Positions 19,910 through 36,148 of a stretch of DNA of 64,000 nucleotides are shown here, piece after piece (positions within the stretch are counted from its first letter, which is position 1; each line of letters starts with the position of its first letter). A program made the translations under genes and the position numbers. The stretch lies in assembly GCF_044324875.1 (NCBI RefSeq), contig NZ_CP172185.1; one strand, 5' to 3'. The notes beneath the pieces were generated by a model. It had not been told where the DNA came from. It saw only the letters and a program-made list of their open reading frames with translations, and searched no databases. This DNA comes from Escherichia coli (GTDB taxonomy: Bacteria; Pseudomonadota; Gammaproteobacteria; Enterobacterales; Enterobacteriaceae).

Positions 19910-20457
19910 TGAACAGTACACACCACTATGAGCAGTTGATTGAAATTTTTAATAGCTGCTTTGCCGATGATTTTAATACCCGTCTGATTAAAGGCGACGA
20001 CGAACCGATCTATCTTCCTGCTGATGCGGAAGTACCGTATAACCGAATCGTCTTTGCTCATGGCTTTTATGCCAGCGCAATTCATGAGATTTCGCACTGG
20101 TGTATTGCCGGGAAAGCGCGTCGTGAACAGATTGATTTCGGCTACTGGTATTGCCCGGACGGTCGCGATGCCCAAACGCAAAGCCAGTTTGAAGATGTTG
20201 AAGTGAAGCCGCAGGCGCTCGACTGGTTGTTCTGCGTGGCGGCGGGATATCCGTTTAACGTCAGTTGCGACAATCTGGAAGGGGATTTCGAACCGGACCG
20301 CGTGGTGTTTCAACGGCGGGTACATGCGCAGGTGATGGATTACCTGGCAAACGGCATTCCTGAACGCCCGGCACGCTTCATTAAAGCACTACAAAATTAT
20401 TATCACACGCCGGAACTTACGGCGGAACAGTTCCCGTGGCCGGAAGCGCTCAACTAA
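19909..20457 (+). CDS. epmC: Elongation factor P hydroxylase EpmC (YfcM)
   Basis: 182-aa ORF MNSTHHYEQLIEIFNSCFADDFNTRLIKG... Confidence 0.85.
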   Translation: MNSTHHYEQLIEIFNSCFADDFNTRLIKGDDEPIYLPADAEVPYNRIVFAHGFYASAIHEISHWCIAGKARREQIDFGYWYCPDGRDAQTQSQFEDVEVKPQALDWLFCVAAGYPFNVSCDNLEGDFEPDRVVFQRRVHAQVMDYLANGIPERPARFIKALQNYYHTPELTAEQFPWPEALN

Positions 20458-20490
20458 AGCCAGCGCCACGTTTTACAATGAGGAAAGAAG

Positions 20491-20769
20491 ATGATCGCGG
20501 AGTTTGAATCACGCATTCTGGCATTAATCGACGGTATGGTTGACCATGCCAGTGATGATGAGTTGTTTGCCAGTGGGTATTTGCGTGGCCACCTGACATT
20601 AGCCATCGCAGAACTGGAAAGTGGTGATGACCACTCCGCCCAGGCGGTACATACGACCGTTAGCCAGAGTCTGGAAAAAGCCATTGGTGCCGGTGAGTTG
20701 TCACCGCGAGACCAGGCGCTGGTGACCGATATGTGGGAAAACCTGTTTCAGCAGGCGTCACAGCAGTAA
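20491..20769 (+). CDS. yfcL: Small uncharacterized protein YfcL
   Basis: 92-aa ORF in the conserved position after epmC. Confidence 0.75.
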
Positions 20770-20824
20770 GTAATGTGCCGGATAAGGCGTTCACGCCGCA
20801 TCCGGCAAACACTGCCAAAGGAGA

Positions 20825-22897
<2,073 letters not shown>

Positions 22898-22906
22898 CTA
22901 TTAATT

Positions 22907-22942
22907 GGCTGATCGGACTTGTTCGGCGTACAAGTGTACGCT
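22907..22942. promoter_or_regulatory. fabB promoter operators: putative FadR site adjacent to the FabR palindrome
   Basis: ggctgatcggacttgtt (22907-22923) resembles the FadR box; gttcggcgtacaagtgtacgct (22921-22942) is the near-palindromic FabR-type operator; 50-80 bp upstream of the fabB ATG. Confidence 0.6.
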
Positions 22943-22989
22943 ATTGTGCATTCGAAACTTACTCTATGTGCGACTTACAGAGGTATTGA

Positions 22990-24210
22990 ATGAAACGTGC
23001 AGTGATTACTGGCCTGGGCATTGTTTCCAGCATCGGTAATAACCAGCAGGAAGTCCTGGCATCTCTGCGTGAAGGACGTTCAGGGATCACTTTCTCTCAG
23101 GAGCTGAAGGATTCCGGCATGCGTAGCCACGTCTGGGGCAACGTAAAACTGGATACCACTGGCCTCATTGACCGCAAAGTTGTGCGCTTTATGAGCGACG
23201 CATCCATTTATGCATTCCTTTCTATGGAGCAGGCAATTGCAGATGCTGGCCTCTCCCCGGAAGCTTACCAGAATAACCCGCGCGTTGGCCTGATTGCAGG
23301 TTCCGGCGGCGGTTCCCCGCGTTTTCAGGTGTTCGGCGCTGACGCAATGCGTGGCCCGCGCGGCCTGAAAGCGGTTGGCCCGTATGTGGTCACCAAAGCG
23401 ATGGCATCTGGCGTTTCTGCCTGCCTCGCCACGCCGTTTAAAATTCACGGTGTAAACTACTCCATCAGCTCCGCGTGTGCGACCTCCGCACACTGTATCG
23501 GTAACGCAGTAGAGCAGATCCAACTGGGCAAACAGGACATCGTGTTTGCTGGTGGCGGCGAAGAGCTGTGCTGGGAAATGGCTTGTGAATTCGACGCGAT
23601 GGGTGCGCTGTCTACCAAATACAACGACACTCCGGAAAAAGCCTCCCGTACTTATGACGCTCACCGTGACGGTTTCGTTATCGCTGGCGGCGGCGGTATG
23701 GTGGTGGTCGAAGAACTGGAACACGCGTTGGCACGTGGTGCTCATATCTACGCTGAAATCGTTGGCTACGGCGCAACGTCTGATGGCGCAGACATGGTTG
23801 CTCCGTCTGGCGAAGGCGCAGTGCGTTGCATGAAGATGGCGATGCACGGTGTTGATACCCCAATCGACTACCTGAACTCCCACGGTACTTCGACTCCGGT
23901 TGGCGACGTGAAAGAGCTGGCGGCTATCCGTGAAGTGTTCGGCGATAAGAGCCCGGCGATTTCTGCAACCAAAGCAATGACCGGTCACTCTCTGGGCGCT
24001 GCTGGCGTACAGGAAGCTATCTACTCTCTGCTGATGCTGGAACACGGCTTTATCGCCCCGAGCATCAACATTGAAGAGCTGGACGAGCAGGCTGCGGGTC
24101 TGAACATCGTGACCGAAACGACCGATCGCGAACTGACCACCGTGATGTCTAACAGCTTCGGCTTCGGCGGCACCAACGCCACGCTGGTAATGCGCAAGCT
24201 GAAAGATTAA
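22990..24210 (+). CDS. fabB: 3-oxoacyl-ACP synthase I (KAS I) FabB
   Basis: 406-aa [25 protein letters not shown]...; condensing enzyme with active-site Cys (SSACATS) and His residues. Confidence 0.95.
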
Positions 24211-24212
24211 TT

Positions 24213-24290
24213 CGCAGTAGGCCGGAGTAGGTCGGATAAGACGCGCCAGCATCGCATCCGACATTACGCGCCAATGCGGCCTCCGGCACT
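24213..24290. repeat. REP-type palindromic units downstream of fabB
   Basis: gtaggtcggataagacgcgccagcatcgcatccgacat and flanking ggccggag / ctccggc palindromes. Confidence 0.5.
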
Positions 24291-24297
24291 AACGCCA

Positions 24298-24325
24298 AAG
24301 GGAACCTGATGGTTCCCTTTTTCAC
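24298..24325 (+). terminator. Rho-independent terminator of fabB
   Basis: aaagggaacc-tgat-ggttcccttt hairpin followed by a T-run. Confidence 0.7.
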
Positions 24326-24481
24326 ATTATTGACAATCGCCGCCTGTTCCAGGCAAACTTCCCGCTTTGTCGATTTCCTTCTGAAAAGACGTACGCGTTA
24401 AATCCTGCCAACGCACCGTAACCCTGAAACCAGAGAGATGAGACGGGGAAATTCCTCGCCTTGCGCTGCATTCTGGAGTAA

Positions 24482-26655
<2,174 letters not shown>

Positions 26656-26753
26656 TACGTATCCTTATACCTGAAATCTTCGCAAGTATGCCTGGCCGCG
26701 AGATTATGGCACACTTGTCCGGTTAACTCTCGTCTCATACAGGTAACACAAAC

Positions 26754-27890
26754 GTGAAAATCCTTGTTGATGAAAATATGCCTTATGCCCGCGACTTATT
26801 TAGCCGTTTGGGTGAGGTGACCGCGGTTCCCGGGCGTCCAATCCCCGTCGCTCAACTGGCAGACGCGGATGCGCTGATGGTGCGTTCGGTCACGAAAGTG
26901 AATGAATCTTTGCTGGCAGGAAAACACATTAAATTTGTTGGCACTGCCACTGCGGGGACCGACCATGTCGATGAAGCATGGTTGAAGCAGGCGGGAATTG
27001 GTTTTTCCGCTGCACCTGGCTGTAATGCGATTGCGGTGGTGGAATATGTTTTCTCCTCCCTGCTGATGCTTGCCGAACGCGATGGATTTTCACTGCGCGA
27101 GCGTACCGTGGGGATCGTGGGCGTTGGTAACGTTGGTCGGCGTTTACAGGCTCGACTGGAAGCGTTAGGGATTAAAACCTTACTTTGCGATCCGCCTCGC
27201 GCCGACCGTGGGGATGAGGGTGATTTCCGCTCGCTGGATGAATTAGTTCAGCATGCGGATATTCTGACTTTCCATACGCCACTCTTTAAAGATGGTCCGT
27301 ACAAAACGCTACATCTGGCGGATGAAAAACTGATCCGTAGCCTGAAGCCCGGAGCGATTCTGATTAACGCCTGCCGTGGCGCAGTCGTCGATAATACTGC
27401 CCTATTGACCTGTCTGAACGAAGGCCAGAAGTTAAGCGTAGTGCTGGATGTCTGGGAAGGCGAACCGGAACTCAACGTGGAATTGCTGAAAAAAGTGGAT
27501 ATCGGCACGCCGCATATCGCAGGCTATACCCTGGAAGGTAAAGCACGCGGTACTACGCAAGTGTTTGAAGCCTATAGCAAGTTTATTGGGCATGAACAAC
27601 ACGTTGCGCTGGATACGTTGCTGCCCGCGCCAGAGTTTGGCCGCATTACGCTGCATGGTCCGCTCGATCAACCGACGCTGAAAAGGCTGGTGCATTTGGT
27701 GTATGATGTGCGCCGCGATGACGCACCGCTGCGTAAAGTCGCCGGAATACCGGGTGAGTTCGATAAGCTGCGCAAAAACTATCTTGAGCGCCGTGAATGG
27801 TCATCTCTGTATGTGATTTGTGATGACGCCAGTGCGGCATCATTGCTGTGTAAACTGGGTTTTAACGCCGTTCATCATCCGGCACGTTAA
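26754..27890 (+). CDS. pdxB: Erythronate-4-phosphate dehydrogenase PdxB
   Basis: 378-aa ORF starting at GTG 26754 ([16 protein letters not shown]...); D-2-hydroxyacid dehydrogenase NAD motif [11 protein letters not shown]. Confidence 0.95.
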   Translation: MKILVDENMPYARDLFSRLGEVTAVPGRPIPVAQLADADALMVRSVTKVNESLLAGKHIKFVGTATAGTDHVDEAWLKQAGIGFSAAPGCNAIAVVEYVFSSLLMLAERDGFSLRERTVGIVGVGNVGRRLQARLEALGIKTLLCDPPRADRGDEGDFRSLDELVQHADILTFHTPLFKDGPYKTLHLADEKLIRSLKPGAILINACRGAVVDNTALLTCLNEGQKLSVVLDVWEGEPELNVELLKKVDIGTPHIAGYTLEGKARGTTQVFEAYSKFIGHEQHVALDTLLPAPEFGRITLHGPLDQPTLKRLVHLVYDVRRDDAPLRKVAGIPGEFDKLRKNYLERREWSSLYVICDDASAASLLCKLGFNAVHHPAR

Positions 27891-27955
27891 TCTCTTCTTC
27901 ATGCTCTCTGCTGTAATATTGGCAGGGAGCTTTGCTATTTCTGGAGTAAACCACC

Positions 27956-28969
27956 ATGTCTGAAGGCTGGAACATTGCCGTCCTGGGCGCAACTGGCGCT
28001 GTGGGCGAAGCCCTGCTTGAAACGCTGGCTGAACGTCAGTTCCCGGTTGGGGAAATTTATGCACTGGCACGTAACGAAAGCGCAGGCGAACAACTGCGCT
28101 TTGGTGGTAAGACAATCACCGTGCAGGATGCCGCTGAATTCGACTGGACGCAGGCACAGCTGGCGTTTTTTGTCGCAGGCAAAGAAGCTACCGCTGCCTG
28201 GGTTGAAGAAGCGACCAACTCAGGTTGCCTGGTGATCGATAGCAGCGGATTGTTTGCTCTCGAACCTGACGTACCGCTGGTGGTGCCGGAAGTAAACCCG
28301 TTTGTACTGACCGATTACCGCAACCGGAATGTCATCGCCGTACCGGACAGTCTGACCAGCCAACTGCTGGCGGCACTGAAACCGTTAATCGATCAGGGCG
28401 GTTTGTCGCGTATCAGCGTTACCAGCCTGATTTCAGCCTCCGCCCAGGGCAAAAAAGCGGTCGATGCGTTAGCGGGGCAGAGTGCGAAATTGCTCAACGG
28501 CATTCCGATTGATGAAGAAGATTTCTTCGGGCGTCAGCTGGCGTTCAACATGCTGCCGTTACTGCCGGATAGCGAAGGTAGCGTGCGTGAAGAACGTCGT
28601 ATCGTTGACGAAGTACGCAAAATCCTGCAGGACGAAGGGCTGATGATTTCGGCAAGCGTCGTCCAGGCACCGGTATTCTACGGTCATGCCCAGATGGTCA
28701 ACTTTGAAGCACTGCGTCCGCTGGCAGCAGAAGAAGCGCGTGATGCGTTTGCTCAGGGCGAAGATATTGTGCTCTCTGAAGAGAACGAATTCCCGACTCA
28801 GGTGGGGGATGCTTCTGGTACGCCGCATCTTTCCGTTGGCTGCGTACGTAATGACTACGGTATGCCGGAGCAAGTTCAGTTCTGGTCGGTGGCCGATAAC
28901 GTTCGCTTTGGCGGCGCGCTGATGGCAGTAAAAATCGCCGAGAAACTGGTGCAGGAGTATCTGTACTAA
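27956..28969 (+). CDS. usg: USG-1 protein (aspartate-semialdehyde dehydrogenase homolog)
   Basis: 337-aa ORF with N-terminal Rossmann motif VLGATGAVG; stop overlaps the truA start. Confidence 0.9.
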   Translation: MSEGWNIAVLGATGAVGEALLETLAERQFPVGEIYALARNESAGEQLRFGGKTITVQDAAEFDWTQAQLAFFVAGKEATAAWVEEATNSGCLVIDSSGLFALEPDVPLVVPEVNPFVLTDYRNRNVIAVPDSLTSQLLAALKPLIDQGGLSRISVTSLISASAQGKKAVDALAGQSAKLLNGIPIDEEDFFGRQLAFNMLPLLPDSEGSVREERRIVDEVRKILQDEGLMISASVVQAPVFYGHAQMVNFEALRPLAAEEARDAFAQGEDIVLSEENEFPTQVGDASGTPHLSVGCVRNDYGMPEQVQFWSVADNVRFGGALMAVKIAEKLVQEYLY

Positions 28970-29781
28970 TGTCCGACCAGCAACAACCGCCAGTTTATAA
29001 AATTGCGCTGGGCATTGAGTACGACGGCAGTAAGTATTACGGCTGGCAACGGCAGAACGAAGTCCGCAGTGTGCAGGAGAAGCTGGAAAAGGCGCTCTCC
29101 CAGGTGGCGAACGAACCGATCACCGTCTTCTGCGCCGGGCGTACTGACGCAGGTGTACACGGCACCGGGCAGGTTGTGCATTTCGAAACGACCGCGCAGC
29201 GCAAAGACGCTGCGTGGACGTTGGGCGTAAATGCGAATTTACCTGGTGACATCGCCGTGCGTTGGGTTAAAGCTGTACCTGATGATTTTCATGCCCGATT
29301 TAGCGCCACGGCTCGCCGTTATCGCTACATCATCTACAATCATCGGCTGCGCCCGGCGGTACTGAGTAAAGGGGTAACCCATTTTTACGAACCGCTGGAC
29401 GCTGAACGGATGCATCGGGCTGCGCAATGCTTGCTGGGCGAGAATGATTTCACCTCGTTCCGTGCGGTGCAGTGCCAGTCCCGAACCCCGTGGCGCAACG
29501 TTATGCATATTAATGTCACGCGTCACGGTCCTTATGTGGTGGTAGATATCAAAGCGAATGCCTTTGTACATCATATGGTCAGGAATATTGTCGGCAGCCT
29601 GATGGAAGTCGGTGCCCACAACCAGCCGGAGAGCTGGATAGCAGAGTTGCTGGCGGCAAAGGACAGAACGCTGGCGGCAGCAACGGCAAAAGCGGAAGGG
29701 CTGTATCTGGTCGCGGTGGATTACCCTGACCGGTATGATCTTCCAAAACCGCCAATGGGGCCGCTATTTCTGGCGGACTAA
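28969..29781 (+). CDS. truA: tRNA pseudouridine(38-40) synthase TruA
   Basis: 270-aa ORF; catalytic-loop context GRTDAGVHG. Confidence 0.95.
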   Translation: MSDQQQPPVYKIALGIEYDGSKYYGWQRQNEVRSVQEKLEKALSQVANEPITVFCAGRTDAGVHGTGQVVHFETTAQRKDAAWTLGVNANLPGDIAVRWVKAVPDDFHARFSATARRYRYIIYNHRLRPAVLSKGVTHFYEPLDAERMHRAAQCLLGENDFTSFRAVQCQSRTPWRNVMHINVTRHGPYVVVDIKANAFVHHMVRNIVGSLMEVGAHNQPESWIAELLAAKDRTLAAATAKAEGLYLVAVDYPDRYDLPKPPMGPLFLAD

Positions 29782-29863
29782 CAAGAATAATGCTCGGAAC
29801 ATTTCAGGCTGTAGCCAACGTAGTTACAGCCTGAAAGATGACGAGTACAAGGCATAGGCTAAT

Positions 29864-30523
29864 ATGGACCTGATTTATTTCCTCATCGATTTTATCCTGC
29901 ACATTGACGTGCATCTGGCAGAACTGGTCGCGGAGTATGGCGTCTGGGTTTATGCCATTTTGTTCTTAATTTTGTTCTGTGAAACCGGTCTGGTGGTAAC
30001 GCCGTTTTTACCGGGTGATTCATTGCTGTTTGTTGCCGGTGCGTTGGCATCACTGGAAACCAACGATCTCAACGTCCATATGATGGTGGTGCTGATGCTG
30101 ATCGCCGCGATTGTGGGTGACGCGGTGAACTACACCATTGGACGGTTATTTGGTGACAAACTGTTCAGTAATCCGGATTCGAAAATCTTTCGTCGCAGTT
30201 ATCTTGATAAGACTCATCAGTTTTACGAGAAACATGGCGGCAAAACGATTATTCTCGCCCGTTTTGTGCCGATCGTCAGAACGTTCGCGCCGTTCGTTGC
30301 GGGAATGGGCCACATGTCGTATCGTCATTTCGCCGCTTTTAACGTCATCGGCGCGTTGCTATGGGTACTGATTTTTACCTACGCGGGTTATTTCTTCGGA
30401 ACGCTCCCCTTCATTCAGAGCAACCTTAAACTGATGATTGTTGGCATTATTTTTGTTTCAATATTGCCAGGTGTTTTCGAATTTATTCGCCACAAACGCG
30501 CTGCGGCACGCGCCGCAAAATAA
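29864..30523 (+). CDS. dedA: DedA-family inner-membrane protein
   Basis: 219-aa hydrophobic ORF in the conserved truA-dedA-accD arrangement. Confidence 0.9.
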   Translation: MDLIYFLIDFILHIDVHLAELVAEYGVWVYAILFLILFCETGLVVTPFLPGDSLLFVAGALASLETNDLNVHMMVVLMLIAAIVGDAVNYTIGRLFGDKLFSNPDSKIFRRSYLDKTHQFYEKHGGKTIILARFVPIVRTFAPFVAGMGHMSYRHFAAFNVIGALLWVLIFTYAGYFFGTLPFIQSNLKLMIVGIIFVSILPGVFEFIRHKRAAARAAK

Positions 30524-30678
30524 AAAGTAACTCCGCGGTTCGACCACTTTTTTATCCAAAGTTTCGGGCTGTTATGTTTTAATGTGCAACATTCATGGTC
30601 TGTTGGGGGCAAAAATGGCATTATGCGTCCCCAAAGATAAAACTGGCATCGAACCAGGTTCAGACAGAAAGGTCCCTA

Positions 30679-31593
30679 ATGAGCTGGATTGAACGAATTA
30701 AAAGCAACATTACTCCCACCCGCAAGGCGAGCATTCCTGAAGGGGTGTGGACTAAGTGTGATAGCTGCGGTCAGGTTTTATACCGCGCTGAGCTGGAACG
30801 TAATCTTGAGGTCTGTCCGAAGTGTGACCATCACATGCGTATGACAGCGCGTAATCGCCTGCATAGCCTGTTAGATGAAGGAAGCCTTGTGGAGCTGGGT
30901 AGCGAGCTTGAGCCGAAAGATGTGCTGAAGTTTCGTGACTCCAAGAAGTATAAAGACCGTCTGGCATCTGCGCAGAAAGAAACCGGCGAAAAAGATGCGC
31001 TGGTGGTGATGAAAGGCACCCTGTATGGAATGCCAGTTGTCGCTGCGGCATTCGAGTTCGCCTTTATGGGCGGTTCCATGGGGTCTGTGGTAGGTGCACG
31101 TTTCGTGCGTGCCGTTGAGCAGGCGCTGGAAGATAACTGCCCACTGATCTGCTTCTCCGCCTCTGGTGGCGCACGTATGCAGGAAGCACTGATGTCGCTG
31201 ATGCAGATGGCGAAAACCTCTGCGGCGCTGGCAAAAATGCAGGAGCGCGGCTTGCCGTACATCTCCGTGCTGACCGACCCGACCATGGGTGGTGTTTCTG
31301 CAAGTTTCGCCATGCTGGGCGATCTCAACATCGCTGAACCGAAAGCGTTAATCGGCTTTGCCGGTCCGCGTGTTATCGAACAGACCGTTCGCGAAAAACT
31401 GCCGCCAGGATTCCAGCGCAGTGAATTCCTGATCGAGAAGGGCGCGATCGACATGATCGTCCGTCGTCCGGAAATGCGCCTGAAACTGGCGAGTATTCTG
31501 GCGAAGTTGATGAATCTGCCAGCGCCGAATCCTGAAGCGCCGCGTGAAGGCGTAGTGGTGCCACCGGTACCAGATCAGGAACCTGAGGCCTGA
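30679..31593 (+). CDS. accD: Acetyl-CoA carboxylase carboxyltransferase beta subunit AccD
   Basis: Track ORF 30595-31593; true start is the ATG at 30679 ([11 protein letters not shown]...); N-terminal Cys4 zinc finger (CDSCGQ...CPKCDHH); 304 aa. Confidence 0.95.
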
Positions 31594-31602
31594 TAACTGA
31601 TA

Positions 31603-31631
31603 AGGGCAGGGCCACTGGCTCTGCCCTTTTG
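31603..31631 (+). terminator. Stem-loop / probable terminator after accD
   Basis: agggcag ... ctgccct hairpin followed by tttt. Confidence 0.45.
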
Positions 31632-31662
31632 CTATTCTCACCGTAACGAATCAGCGGATACC

Positions 31663-32931
31663 ATGATTATCAAACGCACTCCTCAAGCCGCGTCGCCTCT
31701 GGCTTCGTGGCTTTCTTATCTGGAAAACCTGCACAGTAAAACTATCGATCTCGGCCTTGAGCGCGTGAGCCAGGTCGCGGCGCGTCTTGGCGTTCTGAAA
31801 CCAGCGCCATTTGTGTTTACCGTTGCGGGTACGAATGGCAAAGGCACCACCTGCCGTACGCTGGAGTCGATTCTGATGGCGGCAGGGTACAAAGTGGGCG
31901 TCTACAGTTCACCGCATCTGGTGCGTTATACCGAGCGCGTACGTGTGCAGGGGCAGGAATTGCCGGAATCGGCCCACACCGCCTCTTTTGCGGAGATTGA
32001 ATCGGCACGCGGTGATATTTCCCTGACCTATTTCGAGTACGGTACGCTGTCGGCGTTGTGGCTGTTCAAGCAGGCACAACTTGACGTGGTGATTCTGGAA
32101 GTAGGGCTGGGCGGTCGTCTGGACGCAACCAATATTGTCGATGCCGATGTCGCGGTAGTAACCAGTATTGCGCTGGATCATACCGACTGGCTGGGGCCAG
32201 ATCGCGAAAGCATTGGTCGCGAGAAAGCAGGCATCTTCCGCAGCGAAAAACCGGCAATTGTCGGTGAGCCGGAAATGCCTTCTACCATTGCTGATGTGGC
32301 GCAGGAAAAAAGTGCACTGTTACAACGTCGGGGCGTTGAGTGGAACTATTCCGTCACCGATCATGACTGGACGTTTAGCGATGCTCACGGCACGCTGGAA
32401 AATCTGCCGTTGCCGCTTGTCCCGCAACCGAATGCCGCAACGGCGCTGGCGGCACTGCGTGCCAGCGGGCTGGAGGTCAGTGAAAATGCCATTCGCGACG
32501 GGATTGCCAGCGCAATTTTGCCGGGACGTTTCCAGATTGTGAGCGAGTCGCCACGTGTTATTTTTGATGTCGCGCATAATCCACATGCGGCGGAATATCT
32601 CACCGGGCGTATGAAAGCGCTACCGAAAAACGGGCGCGTGCTGGCGGTTATCGGTATGCTACATGATAAAGATATTGCCGGAACTCTGGCCTGGTTGAAA
32701 AGCGTGGTTGATGACTGGTATTGTGCGCCACTGGAAGGGCCGCGCGGTGCCACGGCAGCACAACTGCTTGAGCATTTGGGTAACGGCAAATCATTTGATA
32801 GCGTGGCGCAGGCATGGGATGCCGCAATGGCGGACGCTAAAGCGGAAGATACCGTGCTGGTGTGTGGTTCGTTCCACACGGTCGCACATGTCATGGAAGT
32901 GATTGACGCGAGGAGAAGCGGTGGCAAGTAA
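31663..32931 (+). CDS. folC: Dihydrofolate synthase / folylpolyglutamate synthase FolC
   Basis: 422-aa ORF with P-loop-like GTNGKGTT motif; 3' end overlaps the dedD start. Confidence 0.95.
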   Translation: MIIKRTPQAASPLASWLSYLENLHSKTIDLGLERVSQVAARLGVLKPAPFVFTVAGTNGKGTTCRTLESILMAAGYKVGVYSSPHLVRYTERVRVQGQELPESAHTASFAEIESARGDISLTYFEYGTLSALWLFKQAQLDVVILEVGLGGRLDATNIVDADVAVVTSIALDHTDWLGPDRESIGREKAGIFRSEKPAIVGEPEMPSTIADVAQEKSALLQRRGVEWNYSVTDHDWTFSDAHGTLENLPLPLVPQPNAATALAALRASGLEVSENAIRDGIASAILPGRFQIVSESPRVIFDVAHNPHAAEYLTGRMKALPKNGRVLAVIGMLHDKDIAGTLAWLKSVVDDWYCAPLEGPRGATAAQLLEHLGNGKSFDSVAQAWDAAMADAKAEDTVLVCGSFHTVAHVMEVIDARRSGGK

Positions 32932-33571
32932 GTTTCAGAATCGGTTAGTGGGCACGATCGTGCTGGTGGCGCTGGGGGTGATTGTACTTCCAGGGCTGCT
33001 GGACGGGCAGAAAAAACATTATCAGGATGAGTTCGCGGCTATCCCGCTGGTGCCAAAAGCAGGCGATCGCGATGAGCCTGATATGATGCCAGCCGCCACC
33101 CAGGCGCTGCCGACGCAGCCGCCGGAAGGCGCAGCGGAAGAGGTGCGGGCAGGTGATGCCGCAGCACCGTCGCTCGATCCGGCCACTATTGCAGCCAATA
33201 ACACCGAGTTTGAACCGGAACCTGCACCGGTCGCCCCACCGAAGCCGAAACCGGTGGAGTCGCCTAAACCGAAGGTTGAAGCACCACCTGCGCCGAAGCC
33301 GGTCGTGGAAGAAAAAGCAGCGCCAACGGGTAAAGCCTATGTTGTACAACTGGGCGCACTGAAAAATGCCGATAAAGTGAATGAGATTGTCGGTAAGCTG
33401 CGCGGTGCCGGTTATCGGGTTTATACGTCGCCATCCACGCCAGTGCAGGGTAAAATTACCCGTATTCTGGTTGGGCCAGATGCCTCGAAAGATAAGCTGA
33501 AAGGTTCGCTGGGTGAGTTGAAGCAACTTTCTGGCTTAAGTGGTGTGGTAATGGGCTACACGCCGAATTAA
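32921..33571 (+). CDS. dedD: Cell-division protein DedD (SPOR domain)
   Basis: Track ORF begins at TTG 32903; the conserved N-terminus (M)ASKFQNRLVGTIVLVALGV... begins at GTG 32921; Pro/Lys-rich linker and C-terminal SPOR domain. Confidence 0.85.
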   Translation: MASKFQNRLVGTIVLVALGVIVLPGLLDGQKKHYQDEFAAIPLVPKAGDRDEPDMMPAATQALPTQPPEGAAEEVRAGDAAAPSLDPATIAANNTEFEPEPAPVAPPKPKPVESPKPKVEAPPAPKPVVEEKAAPTGKAYVVQLGALKNADKVNEIVGKLRGAGYRVYTSPSTPVQGKITRILVGPDASKDKLKGSLGELKQLSGLSGVVMGYTPN

Positions 33572-33579
33572 TACGGTCT

Positions 33580-33848
<269 letters not shown>

Positions 33849-33939
33849 GCATTGCACGATGCCGCAAAGGCATAAAAAGTCGATGGCGTTGAATATTTTT
33901 TCAGCGCCATTTTTATTGATGCGTGGGAAGGAAATCCCT

Positions 33940-33955
33940 ACGCAAACGTTTTCTT
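33940..33955. promoter_or_regulatory. PurR operator (pur box) of the cvpA-purF operon
   Basis: acgcaaacgttttctt matches the PurR box consensus; about 60 bp upstream of cvpA. Confidence 0.75.
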
Positions 33956-34011
33956 TTTCTGTTAGAATGCGCCCCGAACAGGATGACAGGGCGTAAAATC
34001 GTGGGACACAT

Positions 34012-34500
34012 ATGGTCTGGATTGATTACGCCATAATCGCGGTGATTGCTTTTTCCTCTCTGGTTAGCCTGATCCGCGGCTTTGTTCGTGAAGCGTTATC
34101 GCTGGTGACATGGGGTTGTGCTTTCTTTGTTGCCAGTCATTACTACACTTACCTGTCAGTCTGGTTTACGGGCTTTGAAGACGAACTGGTTCGAAATGGG
34201 ATTGCCATCGCGGTACTGTTTATCGCTACCCTGATCGTTGGTGCTATCGTGAACTTCGTGATAGGCCAGTTGGTAGAGAAAACGGGGTTGTCAGGCACCG
34301 ATCGGGTGCTGGGCGTCTGTTTCGGTGCGTTGCGCGGTGTGTTGATTGTTGCCGCCATTCTCTTCTTTCTCGACTCCTTTACCGGGGTGTCGAAAAGCGA
34401 AGACTGGAGCAAATCACAGCTGATCCCCCAGTTCAGTTTTATCATCAGATGGTTTTTTGATTATCTGCAAAGCTCGTCAAGTTTCTTGCCCAGAGCGTAA
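34012..34500 (+). CDS. cvpA: Colicin V production membrane protein CvpA
   Basis: 162-aa hydrophobic ORF immediately upstream of purF. Confidence 0.9.
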   Translation: MVWIDYAIIAVIAFSSLVSLIRGFVREALSLVTWGCAFFVASHYYTYLSVWFTGFEDELVRNGIAIAVLFIATLIVGAIVNFVIGQLVEKTGLSGTDRVLGVCFGALRGVLIVAAILFFLDSFTGVSKSEDWSKSQLIPQFSFIIRWFFDYLQSSSSFLPRA

Positions 34501-34536
34501 GTGCTCTGAGATGTGGCTTAACGAGGAAAAAGACGT

Positions 34537-36054
34537 ATGTGCGGTATTGTCGGTATCGCCGGTGTTATGCCGGTTAACCAGTCGATTTATGATGCCTTAA
34601 CGGTGCTTCAGCATCGCGGTCAGGATGCCGCCGGCATCATCACCATAGATGCCAATAACTGCTTCCGTTTGCGTAAAGCGAACGGGCTGGTGAGCGATGT
34701 ATTTGAAGCTCGCCATATGCAGCGTTTGCAGGGCAATATGGGCATTGGTCATGTGCGTTACCCTACGGCTGGCAGCTCCAGCGCCTCTGAAGCGCAGCCA
34801 TTTTACGTTAACTCTCCGTATGGCATTACGCTTGCCCACAACGGCAATCTGACCAACGCGCATGAGTTACGTAAAAAACTGTTTGAAGAAAAACGCCGCC
34901 ACATCAACACCACTTCCGACTCGGAAATTCTGCTTAATATCTTCGCCAGCGAGCTGGACAACTTCCGCCACTACCCGCTGGAAGCCGACAACATTTTCGC
35001 CGCCATCGCTGCTACAAACCGCTTAATCCGCGGCGCGTATGCCTGTGTGGCGATGATTATCGGCCACGGTATGGTTGCTTTCCGCGATCCAAACGGGATT
35101 CGTCCGCTGGTACTGGGAAAACGTGATATTGACGAGAACCGCACAGAATATATGGTCGCTTCCGAAAGCGTTGCGCTCGATACACTAGGCTTTGATTTCC
35201 TGCGTGACGTCGCGCCTGGCGAAGCGATTTACATCACTGAAGAAGGGCAGTTGTTTACCCGTCAATGTGCTGACAATCCGGTCAGCAATCCGTGCCTGTT
35301 TGAGTATGTATACTTTGCTCGCCCGGACTCGTTCATCGACAAAATTTCCGTTTACAGCGCGCGTGTGAATATGGGCACGAAGCTGGGCGAGAAAATTGCC
35401 CGCGAATGGGAAGATCTGGATATCGACGTGGTGATCCCGATCCCGGAAACCTCGTGTGATATCGCGCTGGAAATTGCTCGTATTCTGGGCAAACCGTACC
35501 GTCAGGGCTTCGTTAAAAACCGCTATGTAGGCCGTACCTTCATCATGCCGGGTCAGCAGCTGCGTCGTAAGTCCGTGCGCCGTAAACTGAACGCCAACCG
35601 CGCCGAGTTCCGCGATAAAAACGTCCTGCTGGTCGACGACTCCATCGTCCGTGGCACCACTTCTGAGCAGATTATCGAGATGGCACGCGAAGCCGGAGCG
35701 AAGAAAGTGTATCTCGCTTCTGCGGCACCGGAAATTCGCTTCCCGAACGTTTATGGTATTGATATGCCGAGCGCCACGGAACTGATCGCTCACGGTCGCG
35801 AAGTAGATGAAATTCGCCAGATCATCGGTGCTGACGGGTTGATTTTCCAGGATCTGAACGATCTGATCGAAGCCGTTCGCGCTGAAAACCCGGATATCCA
35901 GCAGTTTGAATGCTCGGTGTTCAACGGCGTCTACGTCACCAAAGATGTTGATCAGGGCTACCTCGATTTCCTCGATACTTTACGTAATGACGACGCCAAA
36001 GCCGTGCAACGTCAGAACGAAGTGGAAAATCTCGAAATGCATAACGAAGGATGA
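34537..36054 (+). CDS. purF: Amidophosphoribosyltransferase PurF
   Basis: 505-aa ORF starting MCGIVGIAG (N-terminal nucleophile Cys) with PRTase-type motif [13 protein letters not shown]. Confidence 0.97.
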   Translation: MCGIVGIAGVMPVNQSIYDALTVLQHRGQDAAGIITIDANNCFRLRKANGLVSDVFEARHMQRLQGNMGIGHVRYPTAGSSSASEAQPFYVNSPYGITLAHNGNLTNAHELRKKLFEEKRRHINTTSDSEILLNIFASELDNFRHYPLEADNIFAAIAATNRLIRGAYACVAMIIGHGMVAFRDPNGIRPLVLGKRDIDENRTEYMVASESVALDTLGFDFLRDVAPGEAIYITEEGQLFTRQCADNPVSNPCLFEYVYFARPDSFIDKISVYSARVNMGTKLGEKIAREWEDLDIDVVIPIPETSCDIALEIARILGKPYRQGFVKNRYVGRTFIMPGQQLRRKSVRRKLNANRAEFRDKNVLLVDDSIVRGTTSEQIIEMAREAGAKKVYLASAAPEIRFPNVYGIDMPSATELIAHGREVDEIRQIIGADGLIFQDLNDLIEAVRAENPDIQQFECSVFNGVYVTKDVDQGYLDFLDTLRNDDAKAVQRQNEVENLEMHNEG

Positions 36055-36148
36055 TGCCTTCGCTCAGGGTGCCGGTCTGGCACCCTGACTTGCAACTCCC
36101 GCCGAAATCCTGCAAAGTCTGCCTGCAAGTCTGACAGGGCAACTATTT

